DNA from: Antedon mediterranea
Taxonomy: Eukaryota; Animalia; Echinodermata
DNA length: 64,000 nt
Assembly: GCF_964355755.1 (NCBI RefSeq)
Contig: NC_092673.1
Location: forward strand, 4,526,001-4,590,000
Direction: 5' to 3'
Part shown: piece after piece, positions 49,701-61,700 of the stretch
Layout of the letters: each line of letters starts with the position of its first letter
How positions within the stretch are numbered: position 1 is the first letter of the stretch
The notes under the pieces: generated by a model
What the model was told of the DNA's origin: nothing
The model's input: the letters and a program-made list of their open reading frames with translations, nothing else
Database searches by the model: none
Program-made: the position numbers and the translations under genes

Positions 49701-52700
49701 AAATTTCTCTGATAAATTACATTTACATTAAGCTAAAACTCCTACATTTTTTTTGGATTAAAATACTAATATTATATGGATATCCCTACAATTTAAAGAC
49801 ATTTTTCCCCTTTAAATGCCAGAGAAGTTATAAATCTAAATTTAGCTAAAGGTTTAGATTTCATTGCCTATTAGACCATATTGAAATGCAACGACAGCGT
49901 TCAATACATTGATCTGTTATAAGAAACGCTATATCAAACAACTACTGTTTTAACGGTCGCGTACCGTTAATTGGTTCTCAGTAGGGTGACAGGTCACTCG
50001 GCTCGGTTTGCCATGTATCTTATTTTAAATGCAAATTCTATACTGCCCTTCACCCTTTACTAATAACTTGCTTCAAGCAAACTGAAAACATGCTTTCAGT
50101 TTCAATATTTTTTCTGTTGACTGTTATGGTTTCAATAACCCTAACCCAGTTCTCATGTTCCTATTGGAAAATACCATTTGCTTCGTAGGGGTTTTAAATT
50201 TGTGTTTATCCATACATTATCGAAAATGTCAAGTAAGATATATTTTTGTTGCCATTGGCAAGGCCAGACTATTCTCACGGTTTACCTAATGAAGCTTATG
50301 AAGTTAACAAGACACTTCCTAGTTCAATATAATCGCAACAATAACCCCAGTGTTCTGTTGGTTTTGGATTAAACTAAATTTGTACTATACTACACTACCT
50401 ATATTTGGAATGTTCCATTTTTAACAATATTCAATCTTATCAATTAGAATTCATCTTTTATATATAAATCTATCAATATGTACTTTGTATCAAGTTTAGA
50501 TTATTTAACTCTGTGGTTTTTATTTACATAGAAAGAATAATGTGTATTTATTCCAGTTTTTAAATGGTATAGTCTATTATCTCTTTGTTGCTGCAAAATA
50601 AAATAAGGAAGTTTGGAAGGTTCCATTAATAAGAAGGTGTAGTTTATATCAAGCATTTTATCTTGATAATGATTTTAACATGGTTATATAATATTATGTG
50701 ATAAATATTTCTACTTTTATTTATTTTTTATTAATTATATTTTAAATTTTCGTACTTAGATCGTTCCATTTTCTTCTTCTTTTTTCTTTGCTTTAGTTGT
50801 TAATTTATAACCGGAGGGCATTCAGTTCATTGACAAAGGTATAACCATATCTGTCAGGGAAAGACAAGCCTAGTCCAGTAAATGTACTGTTCTAATGTCA
50901 ATATTATTTAACAGCGGCTCGTGGCCTTTTAGAGTACACACCAAGGTCATGTAAAGGCCTATGCCATGTTTAACCTGACGTAGACTTGTTGCACCGAATA
51001 AGTAGAATGAACCGTATACACTTTTCTCAGTTTTACATTATTATAATTTTGTATTCATTAAATACATTGAATATGTTTACAGTTTGGCAATCATAATTCT
51101 CGTTAATTAAAACAGTAATTAATATTTTATAAGTTGGTAGTTTAGGTGTACATTCAATGTAGAATGACTGCAATGTACAATGACCGCAAATAAACGTATT
51201 ATTCTTTGTTTTTTTATCGGATAATATAAAAACACATGGAAACGAGCCATTTTGATTCAAAATGTTGAACTTTGTGCGTCTTTTGTAATATAGGCCCTAA
51301 AATTGTACTATAGGCTCTTGCTAATTTTATTTTTAGAATTTGTAATTTTTTTTTTCTTTATATATATTTTTTAAACAACTGTGTTATGATTTTCTTATTT
51401 CTGTAATTCTGCAAATGTTTATAATTTATTTTATTTTATTTTTATTACAAAAAAAGAGCAGAAAATTAAAAAAACTCATGGATCCATTAAGATAAGCCCT
51501 ATCTGATGTGGACATAGGTTCACCCTATTTTTCTCTATAGGTATCATCTACCCCTCCCTGCCCCTAATCGTAACAAGTTAAAAAAGATATTTAATCACAG
51601 TAGATATTTTTTAGCCTATTCCATTTATTTTTCTATTTCATTTCAGTAAAATATTTTAAAATGAAACGACCCTACCCATAAATGGTATGACCTGTGAAAT
51701 GCACTTTTAAATGTTTTTTAGAGCTGCAATTTTTAACATCATAAGGTTATCTAACGACCTGCTTTTCAACTACAAATAATAAATATATAGTAATATAAAG
51801 TTCAGTAACCAGTCAAGTATCATTTTATTTAGAATTAAAAAATCTTGAAACTTTGAATACAAATGCTGCTGAAGATTATTATAAGATACTTCTTTATTTC
51901 CAACTAACTATATAGTTAAATTGTAATGTTGTTGAAAATCAGCTGACTCTTACGGCAGGCCCTGCATCTAGTATCTGCCTCATATGTATTAACTTGTGCC
52001 TCTCCTCCTCTGCTTATGCCTCTCTTCTGCTTATAAGGTGGGCACTGGATGAGAGAAGAAGCCCTTAATCAATGATAGGACCAATCAAGGTGCTTTATAA
52101 ACAGTCCTGGCTGCGTAATTTTTTTTTCCAGGACGAACGTGGGCAGGCAGAAATCAAGAATAATTCATGATTAATTATGACATAATAGGGAACATTATAG
52201 AGGGCGCTGTATAAGAATGCAGAGAGATTAAATAATTAGTGTAAACAACGTTTGCCAACCGAAATGTTTGGTCTAGTGGTAAAGGCTTTAACCTATTACG
52301 CTGAAGCCCTCGGTTCGAGGTCTTTCATGAACATGTTTTTTTTAATAGTTGAGAGAGATTATTTAGAGGGTTAGGTTTAGTATATTTAGGAAGTAGATCA
52401 GCTATCTTTCAATTCTTTATAATAGAAAATAATTAAGGTAATGAATTATTCATGACTTCTGCCCACGTTCGTCCTGGAAAAAAAAAACATGCGTCCTGGC
52501 TTAGTTTCATCCATTATTAAAAAAATAAATAAAACAATTAATAGGCATTGTCGTTGGCGCCAGCCGTCGGCCAAAATACAATAATGATAAATTAAATTGA
52601 GTCATGCTCATTTTTTGATAGGGTAACTTTGAATATTAATAAGATTGTTACGTAATTATTCACAAAGAAATACCTTAACAACAATGGTATAGTCTGAAAT

Positions 52701-55700
52701 CATATTCTAAAAATAATGCTTTAAAACAATGTAGTGTAGTGTAGAAGAACAATTTTGAGTCAAATCCATTTTTCTAAAAGGGATTTCCACTTCAAATTAG
52801 TTGAATATAAGGAAATGCTTTGTGAGGTTTAACCCATGTGGAAAATGGTATGATCTAGAAATTAAGTATCAGTTGTGGTTTTTCTCAGAATAGTTTCTAA
52901 TTTGATTATCAAACCATAAACCACAGAGTACATTGTTTAATTTTAAACCAAGACATTTTATGTTGTTGACAAACCGCATTTATAGGGTTCTGTTGTATCA
53001 CAGTTCAATAACTGAGTTTAATTTGTTTAATATCGACTTATTAGAAAATTTAAAAGTTCAGTGTAGCAGCCCAATTTTGTTTTTTGTTGTTGAAAATTTA
53101 TGATCATATTAATGACTTTAGTTTGCGTGAGCCTATAATTTATGGAATTTGATAATTGAATTAGGTAGTGAATAACTGAATTATAAAATAATGTGATATG
53201 TGGAAAGGTATGGCATACATTTCATGAACTTTATATGAATAGGCATTATAAACAATTATACGTCATAATGAATTAATATTTCCATAATTTAAAATATTGT
53301 ATCACTAAATATATTAATATATGCCTTTTTTTCTGTTTTTTTGCATCTCATATTTAATAACAATAACTGCTTTGTTATAAGGATTGCGTGACAAGCGAAA
53401 ACAGTGCAATTGTAATCTATTCTGTTTTGAGGTATTGACAAACAGCTTAGATTTTGACAAGAGCTCTTGCTTAATAATAAGCCTATGCCATTTGTAAAGA
53501 TGTTTACTCATGCGTAAAATTGGCTCATATTTCATCCTCCATCAGATTGAGTTTAATTAGTCAAAATTAATGTGGTGAGAAAAATTGCAATTAAATTCTG
53601 CTTGAGAGACCTGTATTACTGTCAGTTGGGGGTATGAGAACCGGAAAGTACTCTGACCCCCGGGTTCACTCCAACTATAATAAGCTGGCTACTCATTAAC
53701 CGTGTAAAGAAACACCAGCCATCCTTAGTGCCTTTGGCTTCGTTCGGTCAGGTCAAAAGTTGAAACAAAGTGCAAACGCGGGTTAAAGTGAGCTTCAAAG
53801 TGCACACAGATGATTGTTTACGTCTGCCGTGTCTGAGCGTGCTCTAATGTATCAATTGCTAAGGATGTAAACTGAGTTAACATCACTGGTATCCTAAGGT
53901 TTCACCTATGAACTAATAACCAGGTCAATAAACCAAGAATAGTGTTGCAGGCCTTAATTAAAAATAACTGTGGAGCAAAGGTTTCAGATTTGACCGGAAC
54001 AAAACACTTGTTTACACAAAATTTAGAGCTAGGGCACTCTTTACAAAGTTGTCATTTAAAGTACATTTACATGTCATCTGGAAATATATGTTTTAGTTTT
54101 TTATACAATCTTTTTTTGTCAGTAAATTTTGTATTGAAATTAGAACAGTTATTTTAACAGTGCTTATTTGAAAACCCGCTTTTCGATAAAACGACTATAT
54201 TATGTATTCGATTCTTGTTAATGTTTAGTTTTGTTATTACAAATTAATATGTACAGGCGCCGACTAGAATAATCAAAATATAAATAAACTTAGCACACAT
54301 AGACTAGATGAAAATTTAATAAGCTTGTCTGCAGAGGACAATGACAAATTGGTAAATAATACAGGTATTGTAGTCAGGCAGACAGAAACATACATTTCAT
54401 TTCATTTATTTATTCAACCAATAAACAGATACAGAACAGAAACAAAGTACAATGGTCAGGGGCAACTAAAGCAAAACAATTACTATTTCCCCTTAAAAAC
54501 AATGTTTCTATATTCAAACTTATTTTTATTGTAGATTCTGTACAATTATAATGATTTATACAGATTATTATTATATTTGTTACTTTTACATATTTTTTTA
54601 ATTGACTTATTATTTACTTAATTATACAAAATGGAATATTGACCATCAATGTGAATGAGCACTTTTTTTTGTGTGGATAATTTAACCATGGACCTATGTA
54701 GGTCCATTATTTAACTAATGGTTGCGAATATTACAAAATGTATAGATATATTAATATCAAATACGCCTCAGAAGTGTGGAATTGTATTTGATGTTGTACC
54801 TAATTGGAGAGTGCCCCAACTTCCGATTATACTTTGTACAATGTTGCTACATTCCTTTGCACTCAAACAAGTCCCATTAGCACACTGTTAATTGCTCAAC
54901 TACTTTAAGCAATTTACCTCTTAAATTGGTCATTGCTTGTGAATCTGTCCCGGATTTACAAAGTTCATTAGTGCCTTGAATTATACATTAACTTCTAACC
55001 TAGATGTAGTTGACTTTTATATAAGAGAAATCCTCCAGTGTCTTTAACCTCCGATCTGGATTTCTCAGTCGTAAAGCACTTGAGGAAATCTAGTTCGTCT
55101 TTAATGACTTGAACACAATTTTACTGCCTATTGATTGTCCTTAATAAGCAGGTTCAATCCATGTTGTTATGTTTCTGACTTATGGACTTTAGCTAGTTCA
55201 TCATTTGGGGATTTACTGTAGAATCACCTAGCCTGCTTTCTACGACCTTTCTAAAGCCTTTGACTCAAAGGTAGAATACTATCGCATACATAATGTTTAT
55301 TTAATTAATGCTAGAAATAAAAAACGCATTATGTTATTATGTTTATCAACACCCCTTGAATTGTTCAACTTCGAATGTTCGTTGTTTTGTTTCTGAAACC
55401 TGAATATGGTAGTAGAGATTCACAAATTTGAATTGATATTTGTATCAATACTTTACTAGATGCTTTAGCATGGTTCCCATTAGAGACGTAACTCAAGGAC
55501 GTACGCGCAAGCAAGCGAGTTGAGCAATGACAAGCTACGGTTCGAATAATCCATGATTAATAATAATCTGTGATTGGTCAAATCACTTACGTTGCATTAT
55601 GTCCTTGCGTTGCGTCGATAGTAAGAATCAAGCCCTAGAGCTTGTAAACAAGTACCCTTTCCCCATGATTTTCATCTTAAGCTCTGTCCACACTATCAAA

Positions 55701-58700
55701 CCTTTTGTGACAAAAAAATGTGATGTGCCTATATTTGGACATTATGATGTCATATCACTACCATATTGGGTATATCACTACCATATTTGGACACATCACT
55801 TTTTTGTCAAACTAGGTTGATAGTGTAGACAGAGCTTAATACCAGTTTGATATCTTGATATTCATATGTGAAATAAGAAATTTATAAATTTGTGCATAGG
55901 TTAAAATTGTATAAAACTGTAGAGGGCAGCAGGCAAAGATTTATATAATTTTGTAGACATCGTAATCACTGACTGTTCTGTACACTTGAATGATAAATGG
56001 CACCAATGTGTAAGGGACTCTCACACCCTCATCTTCTTAAACATTATAGCTGGAAAATAATAAAGGTTGCACTTTCGTATTAGTTATGTACATATTTAGC
56101 TCAGTTAATTAACAAAATATATTATACAGTATACCAAAGCACTTAACAATATAATAATTTGCAACTAACTTAGAAAATACAGTACTGTAATTAAATATTG
56201 TTCAAGGTACAATAATTGTTATGGATAAAAGGGTAATAGGGAAAATAATTATTCTGTGACATTTAACAGAAAATCCTTAATATTGTGTTAAAAAGAAGAC
56301 ATTATTTGAAAAATATTTTAATCTTTTGTAAGTAATTGTGTGATGTTTGATTTGTAGTTTATAAGCAGTAACATATCTCCTGAAGAATTCCAAAAGTTGA
56401 TAATAAAGTGATGTATTCTTTGAATATTAAAAGTATTTGTTTTATTGTTTTAGATGCGGAGGGAATACCAGTTAAGAAACTTGAGAAACTAGCTGAAAAA
56501 GCTTCAGATGTAGCTTATGGTAAAATAGACAAAGGACCCTACCAGAGTTTCAGGTGAGATTTTAAAGATATACTTTTAATTAAGTTGATAATTTTTTTTT
56601 TTTGAGGAAATTAAAAATCTGTGAACCAACAGCCATTTCTCATTTCACAGAGCTATTTTCACAGTGCCCTCTCCAAACAAGAAAGGCAAAACTATTAATT
56701 GCTATAGAGGGCTCAGGTCTCTGTACAGGAATATACATTATAATAATGAAAAATATAGTAAAATTTAGTCATTGCCTTTCATAAATGTTACACGTTTCCG
56801 CCGAATCGGAGATTCTTGTGTTAAATGTTCTTTGGTTTAGGTACCAAGAATTTTGTTCAATTTTCTTCAATAGTATTAGTACAGAAATGAACATTTCCAA
56901 TTTCAACTTTTAGAGATTCTGCGATGAAAGCAATGGTGGTGATGAGTCAAGTAAGCAAAGCGATGCAGGAGGGCTTGTACGATTCCAATATACCACGTGA
57001 CAACATCCAACCGCCGATTTCCCGCCGTGCTATCAAGGTCAAGAATGAGATATGCGACTCTGATGGCCTTGGACACAAACTCGAAACACGAGAATCGGAA
57101 ATGAAAGATCTGAAACGACTGTTGAAACTGAAGGTGAGTTTTATCTATGAAAAAAAAGGAGAGAAATCAAGGTTTGATTAAGAAAATTAATTCAATTACT
57201 GTATACAAGATTCATCCCACCCATTACACTCAGACATTATTGTTAGCAGATCTGGAAGGGCTAGACCGACACAGAAAACAATTTCCACAAACCATTTCAG
57301 ATTTTCAACACTGTACAAAACTTAGTAACTTTTATTATCATTTATATAAATATTTATTAATTTGTATTATTTAATGATTCTACTAAGGTACAAAACAATC
57401 TAAAAATTGTAAGATTTTCATTAAAAATTATAAGAATGTAACTGCAGTGTCCATTTCCATTTTAAATTTCTTTTTTTTTAGCAAGAAGAGGTTAGTGCCG
57501 CGGCTGTACGTCTTGGACTAATTGAGAAGAAACTGGAGAATGCCAATAAAGAAAGTGATGAAAGAGTGAGAAAGATTGAATCTAAACTAAACACGAAGGA
57601 TGACCTTATAAAGAAAAAGGAAAAGTATGTATTATTTCTTTATTCAATTAGTTTTATTTACGTTGAACTAAAAGTAGTGGTTATCATCACCTTCACCTAC
57701 TAATATAAAAGCATTGCCCATCAATCTTTTATGCTCTCTCAGAGAGTTTGAAGAAACTCTGGACCACATGCAGGTTGATATTGATGCCCTAGAGAAAGAG
57801 AAAGGAGAGTTGAAGCAACGACTTACAACACTCTCAAAGAAAACGTTGTTTGAAGGCATAACCAGAACATCGTCCTCATCAGTTGCTGCCATGATGTCAG
57901 GAGGCATTGGTTCAGGTGAGTCAATTGGGAAGCTCGGTCTACGCTATCAAACAGTTTGACAAAAAAATGATGATGTACCCGAATACGGTAGTGATATGCT
58001 CAAATATCGTAGTCATATGACATCACCATGTCCATATATGGGCACATCACATTTTATTGTTAGTCATATAAAGTTTGATAGTGGAGACAGAGCTATAATT
58101 TATATTTGTTGATGTAGGAGGTGTAGATGTTTGATATGTAGATATTAATGGTAGCATGTGTTAAATGCTTTTGTGTTACGCAGCAGGCAACATACAACAC
58201 AGTACGATTGCATAATTATGTATTTTATTTTGATGAACAATTTCTATAGATACAATGGAAAAATTGCTAGCTGAGGCAAAATTATATCTGGAAGGTATAA
58301 GTGTGATAAACTTGCATGACGTTAACAAAATATAGATACAATAGCTTAGCTTTGTAGCTAAATTGCTTGCTTTCTCAACTTAGGTGTACAGATTTTAATC
58401 ATAGGATTTTTACTTAACATAATAAAATGCTACTATGTAAGTAAAGCCTCCGTCAGCAAAAGTAGAAAATATTGGCTTTACAGTATTTTGAAAGATCAGT
58501 AGATTAGATTGTTGTGTTGTTTTTAGTTAACTGTTTCAGACGCTTATTAAAGACTATAGTTGTCTTAATCAACAAATCAATTAATTAGCGAAGTGTGGCA
58601 TGGAGTGATTTTAGTTTCTTTGAATAATTACAGAATACTGATTTAAAATCAACTAAACAGATTTCGTCAATCATTGTCACTATCATCATCATTATCATCA

Positions 58701-61700
58701 TCATCACCATTATCGTCTAATTTAATCAACAGGTTTTTGTCACTCATTGTCACTGCTATCATCATCATCATCATTTGATTTAATCAACAAGTTTCATCAT
58801 TGAATCTGAGAGTAAAACTCTGTCTACACTATCATCAAATTAGTTTGACAAAAGAAGTGTGATGTTCCCAAAATAGTGGTAATGACATGACATCATCGTA
58901 TCCATATATGGGCACATCACATTTTAAAGTTTGATAGTGTGGACAGAGCTTAAGCATTAGTATAACAGCATTGAAGTGTGTTTTAACCTAGATTAAACTA
59001 ATTTTAATATTTCATTTCATAATTTTTCAAAGGAAGTTACATTGTTAGGTGTACAGTATATTCTATACGGTATGTAAAACCTGTGTAGTTGTGAAGCAAG
59101 AAGTTTTCAATTAACAAATCCATGTTGTCAATTCTTTAAATTCATGTCTCAACAATATGATTAAATTTGCTCACTTTTTTGTAATTATCTTATTTTAACT
59201 AGGAACTACTGGCGGATCTGCTGGCTTCGTTGGTGGTGCTGCGGTTAAGGACTCGCCTCTACTTCTACAGAAGGTAGGTTCAAATCATTAAAAAAATGAT
59301 ATTGCCTAAGATAGTTGTTTCTCAATTCACAGTAACTATAAAGCATAATTTTGCTTCTATTATCATATATATAACAGATTGACAGTTTACGCGAAGCCCT
59401 CAGATATGTACGAGCAGAAAACCGAAGAATGAAAGGAGAAAAGTTACGAGTAAGTATAATACATTTAGGTTATAAAGAAATAGTCTGCATCAGCTATTTT
59501 ATTACACTAATAAATAACACCAAATAAAAATTATAAAAAAGTATCGTTATTTTTTGTTATTATTAGGTAATAATGGACGGACTTGAATCACTGAACGTTC
59601 CCAAGAAGCCAATAGGTCTTTCTAGCCCGACAGGATTTGTAACCTTTGACCCGCAAACAGGTTCACCAACTGCAAAAGAGCAAGATATTACAGCTAAACC
59701 TGATGCCGATTTGATGCAGCTCAATAGGAAGACCAGAACTCTACTATCGGTAAGAATGGGTTGGACTTTTCGCAACATGTCTACACTATCAAACTAGTGT
59801 GATGTCCCAAATATGGTAGTGGTATGCTTAAATATTGTAGTAACATGACATCATCATGTCCATATATGGGCACATCACATTTTTTAAATGCTTAAATGTT
59901 CTTTCAAGGTTTCCAACTTGGCAGAATTCCATTTTGAATTCTAAAACAAAGAGAAAATATCCTTAAAATTATTTATTTGAACTTTATAACTAACAGTTGG
60001 CACATTCATTTAATAAGGGAACATTCTTTCTTAACTAAATACAGTAATTGCATACTAAATACATGCAAATACATAAAAATACAAAAAAATAAAAAAACAA
60101 GAATTGTACTACAGTGATAAACTTGTGGAGTTCAGATAATAGAGACATAAACAAATTAAATTAAACTCAAAGCTTGGCATGCAAATACACAAACAGTTTG
60201 TTGCTGGCCAACTTTAGGCTAGCACTTATTGGTCAATCCTGTTACCAGGCAGAATAAAAAAAGACCTCCGAATATAATGACAAGATAACTAAAATATTTA
60301 AGTGGATTACTAAAGGATTAAAACGAGGCAAATAAAGTGGTAATAAAAACAAGTGATTGCACCTGTATACTTCAAAGAAAGAAACACATCCTGCTGTGCC
60401 ACAGGAGTAGAAGAACGAACCACATGGTGGTATTATCACTCATGATCACTATATTATGTACTTTTTGTTGTTTTGTTTTTAATGTTTATATTTGACTGCA
60501 CCTCAATTTTTGTAAGTGCTACTGTTCCAAAGGTGAAGCACTGCTAAGTATTATGTAACATGTCCCACTGATGCAAATAGTATTATTAATTAGGTTGCTT
60601 TTTTACATAAACAGTGCTTTACCTGTACAGATAATAATCGTGTGTATACAGTTCACTACGCCTAAAGCTTTGTCTACACTATCAAACTAGTTTGACAAAA
60701 AAGTGTGATGTGCCCAATTATGGTAGTGATCTGACCAAGTATGGTAGCGATATGACATCAACATGCCCATATATAGGCACATCACACACTTTTGTGACAT
60801 AAAGTTTGATAGTGTAGACAAGGCTTTAAGTCAAATCTAATGGGACTGGCATAAATAGTTTAAATTATGCAAATTTCAATTTGCAGATTTGTAAAAAAAA
60901 AGCTAAGCCAAGGCCTACCTACTCAGGCCTAGACCTATTGCTCTTGAAATATATATAAAAATATTCATATCATTGTTTACTGCTACATGAACTGGCTACC
61001 ATGATAACCATACCCTGGATGTAGTACACATGGTAGCATACGGTTACCATGATAACCATACCCTGGAAGTAGTACACATGGTAGCCTACGGTTACCATGA
61101 TAACCATACCCTGGATGTAGTATACATGGCGTACACCTATAGATCACACAATCTAATAAGAGACGTGTTGAAGTTTACTTCATGCTTTTTATCATTAATA
61201 AAATATATTATATTATATAATAACTACCAAGTTATTACAATATATTAATCATCTTTCGCATATTTTACCATTCACATAGGAAGTACAAGTATTGAGTGTT
61301 TGCCCAAAAGTGATCGACATCACCCATAGAAAGCCAGGAGTTGTACCTGTTGTTGCCAAGGCAAGACCTGTTAACCAGTTGGCTGCTAACGCCATCAGGC
61401 TCAATGAGCTGAATGATAATTTGATTAAGGTTTGTATATAAAATATATTTTACAATTTTTGTGTTCAAATGCTACATTTCTTGGTTTCTTGCACATCCAT
61501 GGTCAAAAGGTCTCAAATTAGTTTTTACCAATAAAAACACATTCCGAATACCAGACTTTCCAGAAAACCAGACATATTCGGCCAGTCCAAAGGTGTCTGG
61601 TATTGGGAGAGTTGACTGTATTATTATTGTACGTTCATACCATTTAAAGACTCCACTTATAAATAAAGAGAATATGAACCACCCTGATGTGCCTATTGTG

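Noticed and set aside
52262-52335. tRNA gene
   Set aside because: A and B boxes are present but there are no convincing acceptor or anticodon stems; it lies inside a MITE.
42458-56400. Many 60-100-aa ORFs in the large DCTN1 intron and elsewhere
   Set aside because: Low-complexity I/L/F/Y/K-rich translations of AT-rich or MITE sequence, without motifs or consistent splice phase.
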